Below are positions 1 through 8,407 of a DNA stretch of 64,000 bases, in pieces (the first letter of the stretch is position 1; each line of letters opens with the position of its first letter). Made by a program: the position numbers and the translations under genes. The notes below the pieces were generated by a model. The model was not told where the DNA came from and made no database searches. It saw only the letters and a list, made by a program, of their open reading frames with translations. The stretch is from Caldilineaceae bacterium (GTDB taxonomy: Bacteria > Chloroflexota > Anaerolineae > Caldilineales > Caldilineaceae), in the NCBI GenBank assembly GCA_048499455.1, contig JASNZV010000006.1:77380-141379 (forward strand), in the 5' to 3' direction.

Positions 1-496
1 CGGCCAGTTGCACCACATCACCCGGCACGACCGCTTCAGCCAGGATCGCCTGCGGCTGACCATCTCGCAGCACGGTTGCTTTGCTCTGCACCCGCGCGCG
101 CAATTCTTCGACCGCATTGGTGGCCCGATACTCTTGCCAGAAGCTCAGGAGCGAACTGCCCAAGATAATGACCAGAACGATCGCGGCATCGGTCCACTCT
201 TGAGCAAAGACCGACACAATCGCGCCAAAGACCAGAATCAGGACCAGTGGGTTTTTGAACTGGTTGACAAAAAGGCCCAGCGCCGTCGCCCGGCGCCTCA
301 CCTTGAGGCTGTTGGGGCCAAATTGCTGGAGACGACGCTGGGCCTCCCCGCTGCTGAGGCCGGTCGGGCTGCTCTTTAGCGCCGTCAGCAACCGGTCAGG
401 CGGTTGGCTCCAGTAGGGGCCGGCGAGTTCTTGATCACTGGCCGGTGGATTCTTTTGCCGTGATGGTGGGCGCTGATTCCATCGCTCATTGCTCAT
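1..496 (-). CDS. Cation-transporting P-type ATPase, N-terminal fragment (gene runs off the window start)
   Basis: Absent from the ORF track because it is truncated. My minus-strand translation from the ATG at 496 reads MSNERWNQRPPSRQKNPPASDQELAGPYWSQPPDRLLTALKSSPTGLSSGEAQRRLQQFGPNSLK..FVNQFKNPLVLILVFGAIVS..VVPGDVVQLA. This is the typical Cation_ATPase_N segment plus TM1/TM2. Confidence 0.75.
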   Translation of the reverse strand, partial: MSNERWNQRPPSRQKNPPASDQELAGPYWSQPPDRLLTALKSSPTGLSSGEAQRRLQQFGPNSLKVRRRATALGLFVNQFKNPLVLILVFGAIVSVFAQEWTDAAIVLVIILGSSLLSFWQEYRATNAVEELRARVQSKATVLRDGQPQAILAEAVVPGDVVQLA

Positions 497-588
497 TGAT
501 TCGTTCCTGGCTTTCAAACCAGCGTGCGGAAATGTCGCCAAAGACAAAGCCGCCGCTCTGGCGTATATCGGCGACTTTCCATCTATCC

Positions 589-1458
589 CTACGCTCCCCC
601 TGGCGCCGCCTCACTCAGTGGCTGGCGTACGGCCTGGCGGTACAATGCCATAAGGACAAGCAGACCAACGACACTCAGTGCCACCGGTACGGCTGGAATC
701 CGGATGCCCGGCGGGACGATAAAGAACAGAGCGCCCGGTAACGCATCCCACAGGCCGTGCAACAACGAGACAAAGAGATAGGCCAACAGCACGCCGCCGG
801 TCAGCCGGAAGTGGGTTGGAGCGCTCGCCCGGAACAACACGGCGGCGAGGATCGCCGTCCAAACGCCGTGGCTAAAGGGGGCCAGTAACCCGCGCAGCAC
901 CGTCTCGGCAATCGACGCCCCGATCTCACCACGGCTCAAGAGAAAAGCAGTGAAGGCATAGCCGGTGCTTTCCAGCGCGGCAAAGCCCATTCCCACGGCG
1001 GCGCCCATGAGCAGCCCATCGATCTCGGCATTGTGCCGCCAGCGCCGCGCGATAAAGAGGACGGCGGCGATCTTGCTCCCCTCCTCGATCAGCCCGACGA
1101 GCAGCGCGCCGCTCAGCGAGAGCACATGATGGGACTGGCTCAGCGGGGCGACCAGCAGCGGTTCGAGGATCGATGCCCCCAGCACACCCAGCAGACCGCC
1201 CAGAACAAAACTCTGCGCAATACTTTGGGGCGAGAGCGAACTCAAATGCTGGTGGTCATAGATAAGGGTGACAAAGACCACTGGGATCAAAAAATTGCCG
1301 ATCAGAATCACCGTCGGGTAGAGCGTCGGGTTGTGCGTCAGAAACATGACCACCGTCAGCACCACAAAAAGCGACAAACCGGTGAACAACACACGCAACC
1401 ACTCCCGGCCACCATGGGATGGATACTGTGGCAACGCACTCAAAACATTTTGTGACAT
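589..1458 (-). CDS. PrsW-family intramembrane metalloprotease
   Basis: 289-aa polytopic protein with the PrsW-type motifs LIEEGSKIAAV (EExxK), FSHGVWTAI and LLHGLWDAL. A GGGAGGA ribosome-binding site precedes the ATG. Confidence 0.7.
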   Translation of the reverse strand: MSQNVLSALPQYPSHGGREWLRVLFTGLSLFVVLTVVMFLTHNPTLYPTVILIGNFLIPVVFVTLIYDHQHLSSLSPQSIAQSFVLGGLLGVLGASILEPLLVAPLSQSHHVLSLSGALLVGLIEEGSKIAAVLFIARRWRHNAEIDGLLMGAAVGMGFAALESTGYAFTAFLLSRGEIGASIAETVLRGLLAPFSHGVWTAILAAVLFRASAPTHFRLTGGVLLAYLFVSLLHGLWDALPGALFFIVPPGIRIPAVPVALSVVGLLVLMALYRQAVRQPLSEAAPGGA

Positions 1459-1650
1459 GGTTTTCCTCCCTTTCCTAGCACTACAACGAGACTCTGACGA
1501 TCATCGCCGATAAGACCTCCGAGAGGTGACCAGAAGCTCTTCGTTTGCCAGACCATTTGGGGCCACCTCCCGGAGGTCGGGTCGTATCTACCGTGCGAAG
1601 TCTTGGTGTAGTACTAATCGGGAGACAGGTACTCCTGCCCCGTCCCCCTG

Positions 1651-3585
1651 TTAACCTGTCTCCCCGTTTACGTCGACACCGATTCGAGCGTGACCGGTCA
1701 GCGCCAGTTCAACCTCGCTGCCGTCCAGCGTTTCCTGTTGCAGCAGTTTGTGGCTCAACGTTTCGAGCGCCGGACGATGTTGCCTGAGCAGCGCCTGGGC
1801 CCGCTCGTACTGTTCGGTAACGATGCGTTTGACTTCACCGTCGATCAGTTCCCGCGTGTGGGGGCTGAGCTGGCTGTTGTCCTCGATCTGGCCGCCGAGA
1901 TATTGGAGCGCCTGGCCGGCATAACGCACCGAACCCAGTTGCTCGCTCATGCCAAACTCGGTGACCATGCGCCGCGCCAGTTCCGTCGCCCGTTGCAAGT
2001 CATCGCTGGCCCCGGTGCTGATCGTGCCAAAGACGACCTGCTCCGCTGCCCGGCCGCCTAACATTACGGCGATCTGATCCTGCAACTCCGCAACGGTCAG
2101 CAGATAGCGGTCTTCGGTGGGCATCTGCAAGGTGTAGCCTAGCGCGGCCCGGCCACGGGGGATGATGCTGATCTTGGCCACGGGATTGCCGTGGGGCGCG
2201 AGCTCGGCAACCAACGCATGGCCAGACTCGTGAAAGGCTACGGTCGTCCGCTCTTGTTCGTTCATCACGCGGGTCTTGCGTTCCAACCCGGCCACCACCC
2301 GCTCGATAGCTGCCTCAAAGTCGCTCATGCCGATGGCATCGGCATTGCGGCGGGCGGCCAACAGGGCAGCTTCGTTGATCACATTGGCCAGGTCGGCGCC
2401 GCTAAAGCCGGGTGTAATCCGGGCGGCGCGTTCCAGGTCAAACTCAGGGGCCAGTATGGTGTTACGCGTGTGGATACGCAAAATCTGGAGTCGTCCGGTC
2501 AGATCGGGGTTGTTGAGCGCGATCTGGCGGTCAAAGCGACTGGCGCGCAACAGCGCGGGGTCGAGCACTTCGGGCCGGTTGGTGGCGGCCATGATGATCA
2601 CGGGGTTGCTGGCATCGGTCTTGAAGCCGTCGATCTCGGCCAGCAACTGGTTGAGCGTCTGCTCGCGCTCCTCGTTGACTCCGGTGCTCATGACTCCCCC
2701 GCGGCTCTGGCCGATGGCGTCGATCTCGTCGATAAAGACGATGGCCGGCGCGGCCATGCGCGCCTGCTCGAAGAGGTCGCGCACGCGGGCGGCGCCGACG
2801 CCGACAAACATCTCGATAAACTCCGAGCCGCTGCTCTCGAAAAAGGCTACTCCTGCTTCCCCGGCGGTGGCCTTGGCGATCAGCGTCTTACCCGTGCCCG
2901 GTGGCCCCACCAACAAGACGCCTTTGGGGATGCGTCCCCCCAGCCGGGCAAAGCGAGCGGGCGCCTTAAGAAACTCGATGATCTCTTGCAGTTCGGCGAT
3001 CGCCTCGTCCACGCCGCCGACGTCTTTGAAAGTGACGCCCACCTCCTCAGGTTTGACTTCGGTGGCCTTGCTCTTGCCGATGCCAAAGATGCGCCCCATG
3101 GCCCCGCCGGCGCTGCCGATCTGCCGGCTCATGACGTACCAGAGGCCGGCAATCATCAGCAACGGCAGACCGTAGATCAACAGGAAGCCGCCCAGCCCGC
3201 TAGGTGGCGGTTGAAAGCTGTACTCAACCCCAGCTTGCTGTAACTGCTCAACCAGTTGCGGGTCGCTGCTTGGTTGCACCACGGTTTCAAAGGGTAGGAT
3301 GGCCGGCGTAGCGTTGGGCTGGGGATTTTTCATTTCGCCCACGATGGTGCTCTCGCCGATGGTAGCATTAACGACCTGCCCGGCCGCCAGCTTCTGTTTG
3401 AATTCGCTATAGGGGATTTCGATAGCGTTGCTCAGCAGCGTCGCCAGGATAAATTGTTGAAACAACCAGAAGAGGACCAACAGGCCGATCAGATAGCCAA
3501 TGGTGAAGCGCCACGAAAGGCGTTGCTCCTTGCGCTGTCGGTCATCAGGATTGTCTCTGGTTGAAAGTGGTTGTTTGTCGCTCAT
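1651..3585 (-). CDS. ftsH: ATP-dependent zinc metalloprotease FtsH
   Basis: 644 aa with two N-terminal TM helices, Walker [14 protein letters not shown], the AAA second region of homology, and zinc motif HESGHALV. Starts 12 nt after the htrA-like stop. Confidence 0.95.
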   Translation of the reverse strand: MSDKQPLSTRDNPDDRQRKEQRLSWRFTIGYLIGLLVLFWLFQQFILATLLSNAIEIPYSEFKQKLAAGQVVNATIGESTIVGEMKNPQPNATPAILPFETVVQPSSDPQLVEQLQQAGVEYSFQPPPSGLGGFLLIYGLPLLMIAGLWYVMSRQIGSAGGAMGRIFGIGKSKATEVKPEEVGVTFKDVGGVDEAIAELQEIIEFLKAPARFARLGGRIPKGVLLVGPPGTGKTLIAKATAGEAGVAFFESSGSEFIEMFVGVGAARVRDLFEQARMAAPAIVFIDEIDAIGQSRGGVMSTGVNEEREQTLNQLLAEIDGFKTDASNPVIIMAATNRPEVLDPALLRASRFDRQIALNNPDLTGRLQILRIHTRNTILAPEFDLERAARITPGFSGADLANVINEAALLAARRNADAIGMSDFEAAIERVVAGLERKTRVMNEQERTTVAFHESGHALVAELAPHGNPVAKISIIPRGRAALGYTLQMPTEDRYLLTVAELQDQIAVMLGGRAAEQVVFGTISTGASDDLQRATELARRMVTEFGMSEQLGSVRYAGQALQYLGGQIEDNSQLSPHTRELIDGEVKRIVTEQYERAQALLRQHRPALETLSHKLLQQETLDGSEVELALTGHARIGVDVNGETG

Positions 3586-3597
3586 CGAAGAGTATCC

Positions 3598-4767
3598 TCA
3601 CTGCTGTTGCGGGCGTTCCGCAAGCACGACCGGGATCGTCTGCGTCTGACCCTCGCGCAGTATCGTGAGTTGGACAGTCTGGCCCACCTGAGTACTGTCC
3701 TCCAGATAGACGGTCAGCTCCTGGATCGTCGTGATGGGTGTGTCGTTCACGGCGGTGATGATGTCGCCCCCAACTGGGATATTGGCATTGCCAACACGAA
3801 CGGCATGATCACCCCCGTGGATGCCAGCCTTCACCGCCGGGCCATCGGCGACCGTTTCGACCACCAATACGCCTTCGTCTACCGGGATAGTTGCGCCGGC
3901 GCCGCGCAACATCTTAGCGCGCGCCGGCGTGATGTCGAGCATCTGCATTCCGGGCCAGGGGTGACTGTAATGCCCTTGTGCGATCAACTGCGGCGCGACC
4001 CGTTGTACTGTGTTCACCGGCACGGCAAAGCCCACCCCGGACGATGAACCGCTGGCGCTGACAATCTGCGAATTGACGCCAATCACGCGGCCCTCCAGGT
4101 CGAGCAAGGGTCCTCCGGAATTGCCGGGGTTGATGGCCGCATCGGTCTGGATGGCCTCGCCGATAAAGCGACCGTCTGGGCTTTGAATGACACGCCCCAG
4201 CGAACTGATGATGCCCATCGTCATGGTCCCTTCTAGCCCAAAGGGGTTGCCGATGGCGATCACAAACTGGCCGACGCGCAACGAGACATGCTCGGCCAGG
4301 GGAAGGGGCGCCGGCAAGTTCTCGGCATCGATCTGGATGACGGCCAGATCATTGGACGGGTCTGCGCCGACCACCTGGGCCGCAAACGTCCGCCCATCGG
4401 CCAGTGTGACCAGCAGTTCTTGGGCGTTCTCAACCACGTGGTAGTTTGTCACGATCCGGCCATCGGCATCGTAGACAAAGCCTGAGCCTGTCCCCTCTTG
4501 CGGAACCGGCTGCATAAAGAAGTCGTAGGCGACGCTGCGGTTGGTGATATTGACCACCGATCCTCTGGCATGTTCGTAGATCTGTGTCACCCGCCCTTCC
4601 AGCGCATCGAGCGGTGCAAAGGGCAGCGGGGTGAGTGCGACAGGCATCGTTGGCGTCGGTGTCGCCACCGGCATCGACAGGCCGGGCAACTGAGGTGATT
4701 GGCAGGCCGCCAACCCACTCCCCCAAATCAGAACCGGGATCAGGATATAGAATAGCTTCTTATACAT
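3598..4767 (-). CDS. HtrA/DegP-family serine protease with C-terminal PDZ domain; lipoprotein-type signal
   Basis: Signal peptide ending in the lipobox LAAC. Catalytic triad contexts are TNYHVV, NDLAVIQ and GNSGGPLLD. A PDZ-like C-terminus follows. Confidence 0.9.
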   Translation of the reverse strand: MYKKLFYILIPVLIWGSGLAACQSPQLPGLSMPVATPTPTMPVALTPLPFAPLDALEGRVTQIYEHARGSVVNITNRSVAYDFFMQPVPQEGTGSGFVYDADGRIVTNYHVVENAQELLVTLADGRTFAAQVVGADPSNDLAVIQIDAENLPAPLPLAEHVSLRVGQFVIAIGNPFGLEGTMTMGIISSLGRVIQSPDGRFIGEAIQTDAAINPGNSGGPLLDLEGRVIGVNSQIVSASGSSSGVGFAVPVNTVQRVAPQLIAQGHYSHPWPGMQMLDITPARAKMLRGAGATIPVDEGVLVVETVADGPAVKAGIHGGDHAVRVGNANIPVGGDIITAVNDTPITTIQELTVYLEDSTQVGQTVQLTILREGQTQTIPVVLAERPQQQ

Positions 4768-4785
4768 AGTTCCCCCTTACTTTTA

Positions 4786-5154
4786 CTATGCGCTCGATGC
4801 GCGGACGATGGCATCGCGTAACGTCTCGAACGCATCGCCCTTGAGCACGAAGCAGTCCGCCCCGGCTGCCAGCGCCTCTGTCCGTTTGGCCGCATAAGCA
4901 GTCAAGACAATCACCTTAGTAGCCGGCCAGCGGTTCTTGATCGAGCGGACCACATGCAGATCATTCGTGACCCGAATCTGCACATCCATAAGCACCACAC
5001 GGGGATTCAGGGTGGTTACCAGCGCCATCGCTTGTTGGCTGTTTCCTGCCTCACCGACGATGTCGATCTCCGGGCAGAGCGTCAGCACGGCCTTGAGAGC
5101 GCGCCGCGCCGCGGCCTGCTCATCCACAATCACAATGCGAACCGGCTCACTCAT
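4786..5154 (-). CDS. Stand-alone response regulator receiver (CheY-like, no output domain)
   Basis: 122 aa with IVIVDEQ and VVLMDVQ (phospho-acceptor Asp context) and a conserved downstream Lys region. Lies 18 nt upstream of the htrA-like gene. Confidence 0.85.
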   Translation of the reverse strand: MSEPVRIVIVDEQAAARRALKAVLTLCPEIDIVGEAGNSQQAMALVTTLNPRVVLMDVQIRVTNDLHVVRSIKNRWPATKVIVLTAYAAKRTEALAAGADCFVLKGDAFETLRDAIVRASSA

Positions 5155-5204
5155 AGGGTTACCCCCTGATGTCTATTGATATACTTCCAATCCGGAAGGT
5201 CGCC

Positions 5205-5238
5205 TATACAAAACGGACCGCCCGACAGGCGGTCCGTT
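5205..5238 (-). terminator. Rho-independent terminator after the small membrane protein gene
   Basis: Perfect 11-bp stem AACGGACCGCC / GGCGGTCCGTT (5212-5222 and 5228-5238) with a 5-nt loop, followed on the minus strand by UUUUGU. Confidence 0.7.
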
Positions 5239-5275
5239 GGTGAACGATATAGGGTCGCGTGACGTAGCTTTCCTG

Positions 5276-5596
5276 TTAACCGGCTTGCTCAACAAAGACC
5301 TCGTAGCCACTCATGAGAAGCATGAGCGCGCCCAGGATGATCGCCGTCCACATAGCCATCGTCAAAGTTGCAAACCCAAAGACAAAGGGAGCGATCACCG
5401 CCAGGATGCCGGCAATGCCGATCAACCAGTACTCCCATTTGTTCTTGCTGGCGTCATATGCCTCAAAAATTGAGGCCAACAGAACGACCGCGCCAAGGAC
5501 CACGCTGGTCCACATCGCATACGAGTTGTCGCGGTAGCCCAGCACAAAGGGAGCGACTACAAACAGCGCGCCCAGGATACCGGTGAGCCAATACAT
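5276..5596 (-). CDS. Small four-TM membrane protein with an internal duplication (SPW-repeat-like)
   Basis: I chose the ATG at 5596 because a strong AGGAGG sits 7 nt upstream. The two halves resemble each other (VAPFVLGY..AMWTSVVLGAVVLL and IAPFVFGF..AMWTAIILGALMLL). Confidence 0.55.
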   Translation of the reverse strand: MYWLTGILGALFVVAPFVLGYRDNSYAMWTSVVLGAVVLLASIFEAYDASKNKWEYWLIGIAGILAVIAPFVFGFATLTMAMWTAIILGALMLLMSGYEVFVEQAG

Positions 5597-5770
5597 AGTT
5601 GACCTCCTATTTCCCCAAAATGCCGCCTCCATGCCGATTGTCGTACGCATGGAACGAACGCTGGCGACCAGCGCTTTCAGTTTCCAGTATAGCGCATCTC
5701 TACCCGGTTGGCGTCAGCTTTGGGATGTTTTTTGGGCTCAACATATGATACGAATATGTCAACAAACGTT

Positions 5771-5894
5771 GAGTGGCAGACCAGGGCAATCGCGAACTTA
5801 CGTAACGCACAGTGGCCGCGAGCGATGTCACGCCGGAGGCGATGACCTACGTCAGGTGTGGGCAAACAAGTTCGCGATTGCCTGAGTGGCAGAC
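5771..5894. repeat. MITE-like or structured element: 15-bp inverted repeats flanked by an 11-bp direct repeat
   Basis: GGCAATCGCGAACTT (5785-5799) and its exact complement AAGTTCGCGATTGCC (5868-5882). GAGTGGCAGAC occurs at both 5771-5781 and 5884-5894. Confidence 0.5.
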
Positions 5895-5901
5895 GAGTCG
5901 C

Positions 5902-6588
5902 TTACCCATGCTCATCTCGAGTCGTCTGCTCTTCATCCAGCGATGTCAGCCCTTCGCGCAAGGCATACAAGGTAGCCTGGACGCGGTTGGCCAGGTGCAG
6001 CTTGTCCAGAATGTGGCTGACATGGGTGCGCACGGTCACCTCGGTCACCCCCAAGGTGTCGGCGATGGTCTGGTTTTCGAGGCCCTGTGCGACCAGGCGG
6101 AGCACCTCCACCTCGCGCTGGGTCAGCGGGTCAGGAATGGCCGATTCATGCCGTGTGGGGTGGCGCAACTCAGCCAGCACCTTACGGGCAATGCTTGGGT
6201 CCAACGACGGCTCGCCCCGGTAGACCTGGCGGATCGCCCTGACCAGTTCTTCAGGTTCGCAGTCCTTGAGCATATAGCCCAGCGCGCCTGCCTTGATCGC
6301 TGGAAAGATTTTGTCGTCGGTGGCAAAGCTGGTCAAGGCAAGAACCCGGATCTGCGGCTGACGCGCCGTGATCTGGCGGGTTGCCTCGATGCCGTCCAGA
6401 TAGGGCATCACCAGGTCCATCAGAATCACATCAGGTTGTAGCATCGACGCCTGTTCGATGGCAGCCTGGCCGTTGGCGGCTTCGCCTACCACGGTGATGC
6501 CTTCCACCTCGGCCAGGAGAGCCATCGTACCCTTGCGGACAATGGCCTGGTCATCAACAATCAAGACGCGTATGTCAGTTTGCATCAT
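5902..6588 (-). CDS. NarL/LuxR-family response regulator
   Basis: Start set at [14 protein letters not shown], since the ORF-track N-terminal extension overlaps the kinase gene. Receiver domain plus C-terminal LuxR HTH ([40 protein letters not shown]). Overlaps the kinase stop by 14 nt. Confidence 0.9.
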   Translation of the reverse strand: MMQTDIRVLIVDDQAIVRKGTMALLAEVEGITVVGEAANGQAAIEQASMLQPDVILMDLVMPYLDGIEATRQITARQPQIRVLALTSFATDDKIFPAIKAGALGYMLKDCEPEELVRAIRQVYRGEPSLDPSIARKVLAELRHPTRHESAIPDPLTQREVEVLRLVAQGLENQTIADTLGVTEVTVRTHVSHILDKLHLANRVQATLYALREGLTSLDEEQTTRDEHG

Positions 6589-7921
6589 CGGTTTGCCCCC
6601 CCTGCGTCCATGGAACTTGGACACGTATTGTTGTCCCCCGACCAGGCTCGCTCTCGATCGATAGCCTGCCCCCAATTTGCGTAACTCGTTCGCGAATGCT
6701 CTGTAGGCCCACGCCGCCGATGTGTTGTACAGCGGCAGGGCCAAAGCCAACGCCATCATCTTGAATCATCAAAGTACAGTGCTGATCAGCGAAGAGCAGC
6801 TTTACGGTCACCTGCTCGGCGCGAGCGTGCCTGACCACATTGTTCAGGGCCTCTTGAGCGATGCGATAAAGCTCGTCTTCAATGGCCACTGGCAATGAAC
6901 TGTGGCCGTCCACTTGAAAATCGATGCGCAGCCCCGCCCTGGCCTCGACGGCGTTGAGCCGAGCCTGCAGAGCCGCAACCAACCCTTCGCTCTCTAGCTG
7001 TGGAGGGTGCAAGCGGAAGAGCAGTAGGCGCATATCTGCCATGGCCTGGCGCGCCATCTGGCGCAGCTCCGCCAGATTTTCGCTGGCTACCGGCTGCTTG
7101 CCCGCCGCAAGCGCAAGCCGGGTGGCGTCGGCATAGAGCACGATGCTATAAAGCGCCTGGGTGACCGAGTCGTGCAATTCGCGCGCCAGGCGATTGCGTT
7201 CTTCCAGCACGGCGGCTTGCTTCGCCTGTTCGTGCAAGCGCGCATTGGCAATCGCGAGCGCCGCTTGATCCGCTAGCAAGCTCAACAGACGTTTATCATT
7301 TTCTGAAAAGCCGCCTGGCTTCCCTATGGCATGGAGAACGCCAATGGTTGTGCCAACGCTGACCAGAGGCAGGGTCAACCGCGAAGTCAAATCGGATGTC
7401 AAGGGTGATGGATGTGCAGCGCCATCTGAATCGAGGGGCGTCGCCATTTGCGGCGAGTTTCCCAGATCCAAGTTGGCCTGGGTCAACGGCAGCCGTTCAA
7501 CGTCGGGGCCGGCCTCCCCCTGTTGCCGTATTACCCGCATTCCCCCTTCTTCATCCACGAGTATGATACGCGCGTGGCTGGCGCCCGATAGCTGCTGAAC
7601 TTCTTTGCAGACAATCTCAAGCAGATCATTCAGCGTATGCTGTCGCAGCAGGGCTGTGCTCACTCGTTGCAAACTCTCGATCTCCTTCAGTCTACTCTCC
7701 GTGTGCTGCCAGCGCCGCAGTTCTCGCTCCAACAGAAAGAAACTCAATAGCGCCGTGGCCAGCACGAAGACCCCTCCCTTGACAGACTCAAGCGTGAGCA
7801 ACAGATGCGCATCCGTCACTACTCGTTCGAGCAGGTAGTCGGCAAGGAGGAACCAAAGGCTGGCCAGAAATGCGTAGAGCAGGCTGACGCGTAGTGCAAT
7901 AGGAACAGGGTTGTTTCCCAT
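6575..7921 (-). CDS. Sensor histidine kinase (two TM helices, GAF-like domain, HisKA_3, HATPase_c)
   Basis: H-box [13 protein letters not shown] typical of the NarX/LiaS class. N, G1 and G2 boxes are present ([28 protein letters not shown]). Confidence 0.9.
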   Translation of the reverse strand: MGNNPVPIALRVSLLYAFLASLWFLLADYLLERVVTDAHLLLTLESVKGGVFVLATALLSFFLLERELRRWQHTESRLKEIESLQRVSTALLRQHTLNDLLEIVCKEVQQLSGASHARIILVDEEGGMRVIRQQGEAGPDVERLPLTQANLDLGNSPQMATPLDSDGAAHPSPLTSDLTSRLTLPLVSVGTTIGVLHAIGKPGGFSENDKRLLSLLADQAALAIANARLHEQAKQAAVLEERNRLARELHDSVTQALYSIVLYADATRLALAAGKQPVASENLAELRQMARQAMADMRLLLFRLHPPQLESEGLVAALQARLNAVEARAGLRIDFQVDGHSSLPVAIEDELYRIAQEALNNVVRHARAEQVTVKLLFADQHCTLMIQDDGVGFGPAAVQHIGGVGLQSIRERVTQIGGRLSIESEPGRGTTIRVQVPWTQGGQTDDAN

Positions 7922-8052
7922 GAGGAGACCGGTAAGGCAACTCGGTAATCGGTCGGCCCGCGCCGACCGGAAGGCGCCAATATTATACCACCAATGCGCC
8001 CTGACGCAGCCCCAAACGAGTGGGTGGGTATGTCTAGAATTTAGGGCGGTAT

Positions 8053-8089
8053 AGGTGACAGCACCTTATTTATGAAGTGACTGTCACCT
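8053..8089. repeat. Palindromic hairpin element, GACAG(T)CAC-TT family, copy 1 (imperfect)
   Basis: AGGTGACAGCACCTT, a 7-nt loop, then AAGTGACTGTCACCT. Related to the copies at 11314 and 37230. Confidence 0.6.
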
Positions 8090-8407
8090 TCGAAGGCGCC
8101 AATATCGACTGTACACCGTACTCCACCACCGGCGCCCAACTGAACATACGCGCTGGCCCAGTGACCGACAACCCGATCCTGACCAAGGGGAGCGCATACC
8201 TGGCCTGATTACCAGCATAGAAACCGGCCAGATGCCCGTGGCATTAGCTTATTGGGAAGGTTATGTTGGTGGGTGGATGATGGCGTCTGTCGAATGCCTG
8301 TGTGTAATCACAATATCCAGCATGGCGCCCATATTGACGTCCATAGTGATGTGAAGTTGCTGCTTGTTGGGTGAGCGTTCACCGACAGGCCAACTGAAGG
8401 AGGAAGT

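Noticed and set aside
2191-3243. 350-aa and 299-aa ORFs antisense to ftsH
   Set aside because: No recognisable motifs. FtsH on the other strand is certain.
6589-6759. 57-aa N-terminal extension of the NarL-type regulator
   Set aside because: It overlaps the 3' end of the kinase gene. The receiver domain starts at [13 protein letters not shown].
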